From: Sphagnum compactum
Lineage: Eukaryota
Direction of reading: 5' to 3'
DNA: 64,000 nt
NCBI GenBank assembly: GCA_965153455.1
Contig: OZ234493.1
Coordinates: 6,810,213 to 6,874,212, forward strand
Shown: one piece after another, positions 52,380 through 64,000 of the stretch
Position numbering within the stretch: position 1 is the stretch's first letter
How the letters are laid out: each line of letters begins with the position of its first letter
The notes under the pieces: model-generated
What the model was told of the DNA's origin: nothing
What the model saw: only the letters and a program-made list of their open reading frames with translations
Databases searched by the model: none
Translations under genes and position numbers: made by a program

Positions 52380-53960
52380 AAAGGTAGTTAAGTAGCCTAG
52401 GATAGGTAATCTAGGTGTAGCCTAACGAACAACCTAGGCCTAACCCTAGGTTTAGGTAGACCAGCAAGAAACCTAAGCCTAGGTAACCTAAAAAACAACC
52501 TTGGACTCGCCTTGGCATATAAATAGGTTGCAAAGTTGAAATTTCAACCTTTCACTTTTACATTGGGGGACCAAGTCCTTTACCATTCACCACATTTTCA
52601 ACAAAAAATATTTTGTCATTTTATAATTATGATTTTATTTTTTAACCTTCTTACATAGATTAACTTAGTTATTTTACCTAATTTAGCTACCTAGCCTATC
52701 TAACATTCTTACCTACCTACCTACTTTTTAAACTTAATTTACCTAGGCTAGCTCTAACTATCTACATGTTTCTTAATTAATTACATATTTAGCGTAACTT
52801 TATACCTCGCCCACCTACCCACCTACTTACTTACCTATGTGCCTATAACTACTTAGTTTATCTACATATCTAATGTAGTTATTTCTTAGCTTAGTTTACC
52901 TAGGCTACCTAACTACCTAGCATACTTACCTACACCTAAAGTTATTTGGTATAGCCTAACTACCTAGTGTAGTTACTTTTGTGGCTTAATCTATCTAGGC
53001 CACAATGAACCAACACCCACAAGTGAACCAAGAAAGATTGATGGTATGTGGTTAAAGAACAATTTTTTATTGGGTTCCAATTACCTATTTAACCATGGTG
53101 GTTAGCTCAAATTTTTTTTACTATTATCTATTAACAATTTGCTTGTGGGTTGTTACTAAGGAGATAGTAAACATAACCAGTATTTTGTATAAACCATAAA
53201 CCATTTATTACCTAATAGTTACTTATTTTCTTACCTATTTGCTTACATACGAAACCTATTTCCTACATAATCTGTTACCAAGGTGAAACCAAATATTAAT
53301 TTAGTTGAAATTCATCCACAATTGAATAATAATGGGCATCCAATAGATGGTGCACTAACATGTGCTAATTTCCTATGGCCATCTATTTAAGCTAGTACTT
53401 ATTTAACTACCCACCTTGCTTAGGTACCTACTTACTTTCCTAGCCTACCTAACTTACCTACCCACCTACCTTAACTACCTACTTAGTCTAGCTTAGCTAC
53501 CTAACTACATACATGATTTAACCTACCTATTTGAACCACTTAGCCTACTTAGTCTACCTAGTTGGTTTAGCCTAGGTCTATCTACCTACCTACAATGGTT
53601 ACTTTTGTAGCCTAATCTAATTGGGCTAGCTAACCTACATAGGCTACTCACCTAAATACCTACCTAATGTAACCACTTTCACATAACCTAATCTATTTTG
53701 GGTAGCTAATTAGTTAGCTAACTACCTTAATACATAACCTACCTACTTAACATAATTACATTACAAAACCTAGCTTGCTTAACCTAACTATCCACCCAAC
53801 CTACCTAACTAACCTAATTACTTACCTAGCCTTGGTACCTTTATAGCCTACCTACCTACCTACCTATTATTAAACCTAAATAAATTCATTATCCACCTAC
53901 CTACAATTTACACACTTATAACCTACAACTTACCTATCTACCTATTAATTACCAACTTCC
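52380..53960. repeat. Degenerate (CCTA/ACCT)n low-complexity satellite
   Basis: Dense acctacctac/taacctag motifs over ~1.6 kb. A short similar tract lies at 37508-37552. Confidence 0.8.
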
Positions 53961-56900
53961 TTAACACTTTTATCCATCTATTCATCCAATTGTATAACTT
54001 AATCACAATACCATAAAACTTAATTGAGTTTTCAACATGTCCAAAATAGATGTATTGTAGTCTCCTCATTTGGGCTGTTTATATAAATTGCATCTCACTT
54101 TATCCCATATCATTTGCCCTTGAGAGTTGGTGTGCCATAGTGTGAAGAACTCAATCCTAGGCTCAAAGTTCCATGAGGCAAAGTATCCTCCTAATGATGA
54201 GAAATTAAATAAATAATTTATATTGAAGTCATAACTCAAGTACTAAATCCATATGTGCTTTTTTTATGAACGGATCAGATCCATCACTTTTTAATTAATT
54301 AATTAATTGAAAAATGGTTGGGACTTGTCTTTGGAGTTGGGTTTCCATTTTTGTTCAACCCAACTTCCTTGCCTAAGTCTTCCTTGTTGTTGTGTGGGTA
54401 TATCTTTTACCCAAACACATAATAGAGTTTTTTTTTTTATGTTAATTTTTTTTTTTCAAATCAACATACCTTAATGAAGCACATATTCAAGAGTATGTAA
54501 ATTTTAAAAAATTATATCTTATTCATAATTTTTGATATATGCAAGAAATACTCATACCCATAGCTAGACATGTTTTGGTATTCAAGTAAAAAAATAGGAT
54601 ATATATGTTTTAAACTTTAAACTTTGTTAATTTTATTAATGGAATGGGTTGCTTCCTCAAATTCCTTTGTTTTAATTGACAATTAGCCAATTTGATTGGC
54701 CCATCACAAGGGAAAACAAAAAAATTAAAAACTTTGGGAATTTGTCAAAAAATAAGTTTTTAGGTAAGGATGAATAATCTCGGCTTTGGAAACTATACAT
54801 GTGAAAACTTTAAGCAAATCGTATGGGATAAAATTGAAGGTTGGGACCATAATTTTCATGTAATTTAATGGTATTAAATTATTCAAAAGCTTATTAAAGT
54901 GCCCAAAGATAAGTTAGATATTAATTTTAGACTTCATCACCAATCAAGCGGCATCGACCATGATGTCATCGTCTTCTAATGCATTGCATTAAGTGTTCAT
55001 TCATAAGCATGTTTATCCTAATCAATGATGCATAAAATAAATATTCTTATTTATTTTACATTGTATTTGACCTTGGAGAACTGTTTTTTAAAAGTCCAAA
55101 ATGTGGACATTTTCTTTCATTTCAAATAAATAAAATTTTAAAAAATACATATCCATTTTTTTTTTACCCCAAATCATCACACATATACATGATCAAATAT
55201 TAGTCTTTGTTCAATGGAGACATCAATAAATTAATTAATTAATGAAATTATCATTAAATATTGGAAGCCATAAAAAATTAAAGCGCCAAAATGTTTTTTA
55301 CAAAAAATAAAATGTGATTGAAATTAAATGTAATTTAAATATTGTTTTGTTAAAGCCTCATGTTGTACAAGCCTTCAAAAGAAACCAACCCATGTACAAT
55401 AAACTAATTTCACAACATTCAAGGGCAAAAAAAAGAAATGAGATTTACCTTTTTTTTCTATTCTAAATTTCATCTCATACACTTCATCTATCAAATTTGA
55501 ATATTTAGTTAATTACATTGAAGGTGATTGATTTTCATGAATTAAAGGTTTTACACAATTTTTTAATTGCAAGAAAGTTTCAATCATAACTACCTAAACT
55601 TTCTTGTAATGGTCTAAATATGTATCAATTTAAAAAATATTGTTATTCCTTTTCAATAAAACTAAGTAGTGGGACATGATTTTCAAGTTATGTGTCAATA
55701 CACTTTAAAGAAGTTTTAAACATTAACAAATATGATTAATTTTTAACCATACCAATCTGAATGTACACTCCTATTTGATGAAATAATAAAACAAATGTAA
55801 TGTGTGGGTTATACTAGTCATAACAACCAATGAATGTTGATATTTAGTTTGATTTTGTAATGTAACGTTCCTTTTGCATATGCTAGTTATGAATGCACCC
55901 ATGTGCATCATTTGAATGTGCATAGTCACCCTCCTTTAACATCATTGGGACCACATGACTAAAGTCATTCACTTCTATTATTCTTGAAACCACATGAGTA
56001 AAGTATTTTGAAGATTTATCATATTGACATAGTTTGAATTAAGAAAATAAATTTAAAAATGAAAGTTTATCTTTCCAAAATGTACCTCAAAAATATTGAA
56101 AACTCCAAGTACTATATATATATATAACTTAGAAACATGTAACAGTGACCCGGTTTAATCAAAATATTAAATTAAACAAAAGTCAACTAATAGTTAACAC
56201 ATTATGAAATACTAATTACATGTAATGACATAATGAAATTACATAATTTTATAATAGTGTGTGAAATTGAAATATACATGTTTATATTTATACGAGATGA
56301 CAATATTTGTCACAAGTTGAAAGGGGTGGATTGGATGGTCAAGGAATTGGTGTGTGAGTAAGAAGGTGAAGGGTTCAATTATGTCCAATGGCATTCCAAC
56401 AAATAGTTTGATCTTGTCACCCCCTTCAATTATTGCATAGGAAAAAGGCTCGTGACTTTTAAAGACTAAATCCACACAAAAAAACGACGATTTAACAAAA
56501 ATATTTACACATTTTTTTCAAGTTACACATTATTACCAACTAAGGTTGTTATAATGAAAGAAACTCCTAGATGAAGAGGCATACTGATTGATTTTACTAG
56601 GAGAAAAATAAGTTCTATATGATAAATGGATGCAAGAATTGTGAAACTATTCCAATTGAAACTAACTACAAATTGAATCAAATAAATGAGTGAATTATAG
56701 ATAGAAAACAATTATATATGAATGTGAAAAGCCAAGAAAAAACATGCAAAACATGAATGCACATGATATGATAGCAAATAACTAGCTACCATTAAATCTA
56801 GGCGTGAATGGAAGGAATTGAAATGTTAATGATGTTATAAAAACCCGTATAATATTGAGATAGGAGGGACATGAACGAGATTTAACTTAGAATCTTTATT

Positions 56901-57578
56901 AACATTTACAATTTTCAATGTTAACATAAAACATAATAACAAATATAACGTCTTTAGGCTAATTTTTACATGCAAGCTACCTATCACTAGGTATGGTTGG
57001 ATTATAAGATCTTGTGTTCTCAAAATCATGTTAATTTATGGTTAACCTAACAAGAACAAATCCATGGGTAATGTTATATTGGACTTGAGACCTCTCAATA
57101 TGTATTATGGGAAACCCAAAAAAAAATCAAAATAAGTAAAAGATCCATGTAAATTTGTAATTATATAACAATATATGTGTTAATGCTACGTCTATTTTTT
57201 TGTCTTCTATAGTGAAGGTAAGGTAACCTAGTTGATAAAATATGTTATGAATTTGCTTTAAGTGATTTGGAAAAAGTTGTATGATAATTCTAACCTTGTG
57301 AGGTTTGATTAATTTCACCCATCATTATTTTATAAATGCATTTTTGGGTTGTAATAAAATAAATGAAATTATGAAAACCTATTCAAAATTTTATTGAATT
57401 TTCTATGACAAAGATTATTCAAAATTCAATATCTCTTATAACATAGGTATATATATAAATTATGAAATCACCTCCATAAAATCCTACTCATTAAACATTT
57501 TCCAACAATATGAAGAACATGCCCCAATTTCCCTCAAAATTTTCAATTTTAATTTTATTGAATTTTCATGACAAGATT

Positions 57579-58399
57579 TGTCGCAACCCCACTTTGAGGC
57601 AAGTGTGAGGATGAAATTCACACTCCCGAAAGTGGGAACTTGGAGTCCTTCGGGACTCCAAAAAATTCAGAGCTTGATTGCATGGGTCAAAACACCTTGC
57701 ATTGAGGTAATCTTTATACCGTTGGAAAGGTCTTAAAGTGTAAATGTCGAAAATGGTCTCACATGAGCCGTTCAGACATCTGTAGCACAAGTTATGGTCG
57801 AAAGAAGGGTCGAGAGTCAAACTGGCAGTTTGACTCCCGACCACTAAAAGTCAATAATCGACCCGATCCCGGTGTGTGCAGGTGAAGTGCAACACACCGT
57901 TGAAAAGCGCTTGAGGAGAGCTACAAGTTTGCTTCAGACTTCATCCCAATCAGAGGTCTGAGCTGGGAGTTATGAGCTTCCAAAGTCCCGGAAGTCCAAA
58001 CCAAGACAATTTCGAGACTCCTCCTTGGGAGTCTCTGGACAAAAAGCCATTCGGATGTAGGTGCCGTGGGCAAACGCAGAGAATACTATATGGGGGAAGG
58101 TGGTGGCTTCCCCCGAGTCCGGGCCGTGGTGAGTCAAATGAGTTCGTGTTGCCCGTGGCTTGTCCCAATACAAAGGTTGATTCCGAATGTGATCTAACCA
58201 ACTTGTTGGTTGGCTTTGATGCAAGACCGAATAATTAAATACGTTGTCCCTCTTCCTAGTCTAATCCCGGAGCTTTCAACATGCCCCTCTCACCCCCTTT
58301 AGTGCTGGAAGCTGGGAGCGGCACCAAGTTCCAACTACTTCCGCTCTTTAACATAGTTGGACCCTTTTTGGGTCTAACAAGGAACTTGGGGGCGCGTCA
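57579..58399. mobile_element. Solo LTR of an LTR retrotransposon (821 bp)
   Basis: Begins TGTCGC and ends GCGTCA (TG...CA with imperfect inverted termini). 5-bp TSD AGATT at 57574-57578 and 58400-58404. Richer in GC and CpG than the flanks, with no internal gag/pol. Confidence 0.9.
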
Positions 58400-58503
58400 A
58401 GATTGTTCAATATTCAATAATTCTTACATTATATATTCTAAACATTAAAAACCACCTTGGTGCAACCCTAAACATTGACAACTTTCCAATATACCAAGAG
58501 CTT

Positions 58504-58523
58504 GGGGGGGGGGGGGGGGGGGG
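58504..58523. repeat. Poly-G tract (20 G)
   Basis: Read directly from the sequence. Confidence 0.9.
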
Positions 58524-59480
58524 TGGATCATGGTTTGAGATCTCAACATGTCAAACAAATAAACAATCTTCTTAAATATATATATTTAATGTGGCATGGG
58601 ACGTTGTGAGCCCAATTGTGAACTCCTTACTTAATTAATTGAATTTGAAGTGCTATTGTGTTTGCAATGACAAATATGAGTCAAAATTCAATATTTCTTG
58701 CACCTTAGGTCTAAAAACTAGAAAATCACCTCCACAAATTCCTATTCATGTATAACTCTTTAACAATACCAAAAGCACAACCCAATTCCCCTTTAAAAAA
58801 ATAGTTTTGATTTTATTGATTGTTCAATGACAAAATTGTTCAATATTTAATAATTCTTGCATTGTAAATCTAAACATTACAAAACCACCTTATGCACCTA
58901 TACTTATTGAGGACTTTCCAACTTGTTATGAAGAGTGTCATGATTTGAAAGATGTTGATGTCACAAACAAAACAACCAAGCAACTTTCCTTAATATGTTG
59001 ATGCTACATTTGAAATGTAATACATACAAAAAGCACAAGCGATGCCTTCAAAAATGACAAGCATGATGATAAGGTGTTAAACAATGTGGTGCTCCAATGG
59101 CAAATGTCTAAAAGGCATTTTAGAACAAAGCACAAATGGCAAGTTGATGATATCATGTGACAAGAACAAGGGGCCAAGAAACAAGCACCATTTGGCAACA
59201 TCATGTACATGAAAATATAACAATCATGAAACAAAATGGCAAGGAAAAAAAAACAAGTAATTGAAACGTGAGAAAACATTTGTATGATCATTTACTTATT
59301 GCTGACATTACCTACTAATCTTGGAAATATGCAAAAATAATAGGTAATTACATTACCTTATTTGAGGATAAAATAGAGTCAAATGGAAATGCAAATGTAA
59401 TGCTTGTGGTGTGATCAGGTGCACATGATTTTATAATGACCAACGATATTACAATTACACTTTACAAAATCATAAAAAAT

Positions 59481-59647
59481 CATTACACAAAATGTGTTCT
59501 TATACACTAAGTGATTTCACTAGATTTTGAGTGAATTCATTAATCACAATGAACAAGGACCTAACAAAAATACAATGAATTCACTAGTCCACTGAATGAC
59601 CTACCGAATGGGGGGTTAGTGAACTACACATGCATTTTATAATAATG
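59481..59647. mobile_element. Decayed copy of the CACTA mini-element at 27062-27215
   Basis: Shares 'aagtgatttcactagattttgagtgaattca' and 'aatgaattcactagtc'. Termini have decayed to CATTACACAAAA ... TTTTATAATAATG. Confidence 0.75.
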
Positions 59648-60319
59648 GATTTACACAACGATATGGTTCATCGTATGGTAATATAATAATGATATAAAAG
59701 TCTTTAGAAAAATTTACTACCATAATAATGATATAGGTATTCAAAAATTGTGAATTCCACACATTGCTTTGGTATGTGTATAACCAAATTTATAATTTGA
59801 AATTAATGATATGAATATAAATAGTGAATGATGGATGGTAGGTGAAAAGAAAACACTTTTCCATTGGGTTCCAAGTTCCCCAATCTAACCATGGGGCGGG
59901 GTGCGGGGTTAGTAAGTGGAAGTAACTATAGTGAGAAGAAGGGGAACAAGAGGAGGAAATGATCCCGGGATTCTCTCTTTCACCCTTTCACTCTCTTCTG
60001 TCATGGCAGCAGGCACTGTGGCGATGATGGCGGAGGCGGCGGAGGAACGGGACGACGCTGCAGTAGTAGTAGCTGTTGTAGTAGGTCACGGTGCTGGCTG
60101 GCTGGCTGTCTGGTCCCGCCACTTTTTTCTCGCCGCACAGGTCTCGATTCTCTTACACCTTGTATGCATGATTTGTAAATTTGTTCTCGCCGCGCAGATC
60201 TCGATTCTCTTACACCTCGTATGATGTATCATTTTGAAATCATCACAATTGACCGAACGGAAGAACAAGAAGAAACAAGAAGAATAAGACGAAAAAGGCA
60301 CAGGTATCTCTATTGTCCA

Positions 60320-61110
60320 TTTTGCATGCGCTCCGCCATTTTAAATATTAGAAGCATCTTTTTCTTCAAGTACGTACATTCCTCTGCATCGTCAAAGAAA
60401 GGAAACAAGTAAGCAATCAAGCAAGAAAAAAAGCGGCGGGAGAAAAGACAACAAACACGTACTCTGTGACTACTTTCTGCCTGCATTTGTCGCTTTGATT
60501 GTATCTTTGTGATGTTTCAGGAAGGATATGACTAGAGCGTCAAGCCACTGACTGTTTTTGTAAGGAGACAAACATACGGACGGAAACGGAGAGAGGAGCG
60601 ATACAACAAGAAGAAGAAGGGAGTGAGGAGGTGTGGCGTTTGTAAGAGTTCCAAGGAAGAAAAAAGGAACAGAAATCTCTAGTGCACTTCTCTTATTATA
60701 CGGATTTGCATGCGCTCCGCCATTCCGAATAGCATAAGAAAGCATCATCATCTTCAAGTACGTACATTCTGCATCGTCAAAGAAAGAAAGCAAGAAAGTA
60801 GCGGGAGAAACATGCACCCGTTGACTACTTTTTGCTTTCATTTGTAGCTTTGTTATTTTTCCCCTTCGATATGATCTCTCTAGATCCTTCGTTTCGCTCT
60901 GATACGCCGCTGCCTTTTTGTGTGATCCAAGCTGAGTTTTTCTAGAATTTGAGAAACAATCATGAGTAGCCAGGGAGGGTTCAGTTTCTTGCATTTGTTG
61001 ATTGTATGTTTGTGATGTTTCAGGAAGGAGAAAAGCTCATCAAGCCAATAGTTGTTTTGTAAGGAGACAGACAGACAGACAGATAGAAACAGAGAGGAGC
61101 AATACAAGAA
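60320..61110. repeat. Diverged tandem segmental duplication (~60320-60610 vs ~60705-61110) upstream of the RopGDI pseudogene
   Basis: Shared blocks TTTGCATGCGCTCCGCCATT, TCTTCAAGTACGTACATTC, TGCATCGTCAAAGAAAG, TTTGTGATGTTTCAGGAAGGA and TTTTGTAAGGAGACA. A ~40-bp duplication also occurs at ~60125-60165 / ~60185-60222. Confidence 0.85.
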
Positions 61111-61182
61111 GGTAGGAGGTGACAAACTGGAGCTGAGAAACAACTGGAGGACATAACACTTGGTTCTTTGGAAGCCAAAACG

Positions 61183-62054
61183 ATGTCGAATATGGTGACA
61201 AACTGGTTTGAACGCACAGGAAATAAGCCACTGTCAACTAAGGAATCCAAAATCCTGAAATGCAGTAGTACAGTGCATCCAGCTGCACAACAATTCAAGG
61301 AGTATGCTGCAGCACTTGGAAACACGAACAACAGAGATGAAATCAGCAATGAAATAAGAAGCAATTACAATGACAATGATCTGAAAGACTTCCACTAGTG
61401 TAAAACACCTGAGGTTGTTCCTGCAGACTTCATCATCCCCTGCAATGATGCTGATGAGGTGTTAGATCAAGAGGAGAAAACTACAATCCAAGGGTTTGCA
61501 CATTTGGAACCAGGACCTCAGGTGCCCCTTAAGGAGCAGCTGGAGAAAGACAAGGAGGATGAAAGCCTGAGGAGATGGAAGGAGCAGCTCCTGGGATATG
61601 GTGCTAGCCTGGACACCAATGGAGACAGATTTCATTCAGACCACCCTGAGGTGAAGGTCTCAAGGTTAGGGATTAGTGCAAAAGGGAGAGAAGAGCTTGA
61701 GCTGCCACTCCCACTCACCACCACCACCAACACCCCCCAGGGCCATCCCTTCTCTCTCAAAGAAGCCTCCCATTACCAACTCAAGTTCATCTTCACTGTG
61801 AGGAATAACATTGTCTCGGTCTCACTTGCATCACTACAGTGTGGAAAGCTGGCATCATGGTCCAAGAGATGCTCTCCATGCTTGGGACCTTTGCTCCGCA
61901 ACAGGAGCCTTATGTTCACATTCTGGCAGAGCAGTTGACTCCCTCTTGAGCTTTCACAAGAGGGCCTTACAGTGCCAGGACACAGTTTATTGATGACGAT
62001 GGCACAGTTTACCTTGATGTGAACTACTCCTTTAAAATCTGTAAGGATTGGTAG
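61183..62054 (+). pseudogene. Intronless Rho GDP-dissociation inhibitor (RopGDI) pseudogene
   Basis: GPQVPLKEQLEKDKEDESLRRWKEQLLG...PEVKV...FSLKEASHYQLKFIFTVRNNIVS(-1 nt at ~61817)GLTCITTVWKAGIMV...MLGTFAPQQEPY...TPS*(TGA 61947)AFTRGPYSARTQFIDDDGTVYLDVNYSFKICKDW*. This is the complete RhoGDI domain. A further in-frame TAG lies at 61396 in the N-terminal extension from ATG 61183. Confidence 0.9.
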
Positions 62055-63048
62055 TAGTGCCAGGACACATCTTCAACTAGGTACAAACAAACCAAGCATT
62101 CGACTGTCAGGATCACTTCGGCAGGGCTGCCATCTCTGCATAATGCTAATCCATCAACAAACAGATTGCACATCCATGGAAAAAAAATTTCTCATTGCAG
62201 CAGCAGCTCTGCACTTGAAGTTATAATGAGGAAGAAACCCTTTCACTACTGTTCAGTATCATCCATTCAGATGTGAAGTCTCTCCCAACCTTGGATCACA
62301 CGAAGGGATGTGCACCCAATTTGCAACTCATGAAGAGCATGGGAGAATCCCAACAATGCTCCCTCACATTATCAAGCTGCCCCCAAAAGGTTGGTACCTA
62401 GCTTTTGTTACTCTCTTCCAGTGGAGAATTTGGAGTGACTTTTCATCCTTTTAGACAGTCCCTTTGTATTCACTGAAGTTGATAGGAGCGTTTCTTCCAC
62501 TTGTTCAGCAGTCCAGGCTTGCTGTCTGGTGCTGGCTCCTGAAAGGTTTGAGGAATCTACAGTGAGAAAATTCAGAGACAAATTAAGAATGGAGAAATGT
62601 ATTAGAAGCATATGCACAGAGGTGTGCTTTCAAAGCCTGTTTTAAACTCACCAGATCAGTTCATTGTGTGAGTTTTGTGTGTAGAAGGGCATTTGCCCAA
62701 ATAAAAATATCAGGAGATTTCCAGAGTGATGGTAAAACTAGAATGCTAGTAATTAGTGTTGTTCATCACCAGAATGTGCAATTAAATTGAATTTATTTCG
62801 AGCATTTTATGGATTCCTGTTGATCCTCCTGTTGCAGTGCTGGGGGCAATCTTCATAGTTTGTGTTCAAGAGATTGATTTGTAGGCACAGGAAATTTCTC
62901 CCTCTTTTGTTGTTTCTTGATCTATTTTGGGATGGATTCTTTGGTTCCCCTCCTGCTGCTACTTCGACTTTCCCCATTCACATTTTTGAGTGCAGTTTAT
63001 TTGTCACATGTGTGCCTTACATTTTTCTTGACCTTCTGTCACATTGCA

Positions 63049-63300
63049 GATGGTGAGCCAATTGAAACTGACATTGTGCATATGTCCATGCCACCCACTT
63101 TGGACGCCAAGAGCTAATGAACAATGTATGCATTTGGAAACCATATCCGTGTTGCAAGTGCTGAAGAACATTTAACAATAAGAGATAGTGGTGTGGCTGC
63201 TACATTTCAACAAGTATGTGTATCTAGACCAAGTGACCAAAGGCCCGTCCTTGCAAACCTAGAATATGTGGGCTCGGTTGAAGAAATACTAGATGTTGAA
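63049..63300 (+). mobile_element. CACTA/En-Spm transposase C-terminal (DUF4216-like) fragment
   Basis: DGEPIETDIVHMSMPP...*.TMYAFGNHIRVASAEEHLTIRDSGVAATFQQ...LEYVGSVEEILDV resembles the TnpD 'T.NSGV...YYG.IEEI.EL' region. It is preceded by a ttgcAG acceptor and contains stops. Confidence 0.6.
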
Positions 63301-64000
63301 CTGCTTTAGAACTAAGATTGTCATGTTTTATCTCTAACATTGATTTCCAAGTACAATCTATCCTCAAAGGAGCATCAACAGACTTTAAACATATTGTCAC
63401 TATAGTTGTGCTATGTAAACATGGCATCTACCTTGGGGTTTCAGGAGTTGACATGTTCTTTCAACACTAACCTTGGAATCAATGCTTAGAGTGGGCAATG
63501 TAACCTTAATTTGCTTTTTTTTTTTGGGCTGGAACATAGTTGTTAGTCGATATTATAAGCTTGTTGTGGGTCATTGTTTCTTGGAATACGGTTATTGAAT
63601 AGTCAAGTAAAATCCCCATGATGGGTTTGCAAAAATTTAATTGTGCAGGTGACTGTATTCAGAAATTTGCTAGAGGAAATGTTACATCTGGTTGCTTGTT
63701 TTATTTTGTAAGGATTTGGTGTGCTTGGTATTGGCTTGAACAAATAGATAAACTATCTAGTTGTATGTGGAACCTCAAGAATGGTTGGATAATGGCCTAC
63801 TAACCTTTAGGGTATACACTATAAGGTGCATTATTGCGCTTTGGGTTATAGTATTATGCACAATGAATTTAGTTACTTGATGGGAGGGACACATTTGTCG
63901 TTTAGTCTAAGTGGACACTTTTTATATCAAGTCTAATTGTTGGGAACACAATTACTAGGAGTATGAACAGCATCGTGGAAAAAACCAAGGGTCTAGATTG

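Noticed and set aside
57566-58238. ORFs inside the solo LTR as protein-coding genes
   Set aside because: They are short overlapping ORFs on both strands lying almost entirely within the TG...CA/TSD-bounded LTR, with no gag/pol motifs.
59916-60994. ORFs 59916-60224 (+) and 60470-60994 (-) as genes
   Set aside because: They are low-complexity or duplicated leader-like sequence with no recognisable domain. The short GC-rich MAAGTVAMMAEAAEE stretch could be a first exon, but I cannot support that.

Overview
Eukaryotic land-plant genomic DNA with spliceosomal introns. The AT-rich, CpG-depleted intergenic DNA is full of decayed transposons, and the repeat families and gene content look bryophyte/moss (Sphagnum-like); that assignment is inference. 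Apparently intact genes: (1) the last two exons of the ATR checkpoint kinase (+, 279-817); (2) a three-exon, ~1461-aa TORNADO1-like LRR-Roc-COR (Roco) GTPase (+, 17623-23386), whose P-loop is split by a GC-AG intron and whose LRR region carries a 63-aa tandem duplication; (3) a six-exon secreted nucleoside-phosphorylase / bark-storage-protein-like gene (-, 42250-39525), also with a GC-AG first intron. Gene relics: an isolated G-protein beta subunit fragment fused to an unrelated coiled-coil fragment (7849-8239), a decayed ascorbate-oxidase-type multicopper oxidase 5' fragment (32795-33103), and an intronless RopGDI pseudogene (61183-62054). Mobile and repeat content: a solo LTR with a 5-bp TSD, a 154-bp CACTA mini-element with a 3-bp TSD plus a decayed sister copy, hAT and CACTA transposase relics, several MITE-like families, a tRNA-like element, a 191-bp tandem duplication, a hairpin-containing repeat array and a (CCTA)n satellite. 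No CRISPR array, rRNA or prokaryotic system is seen.
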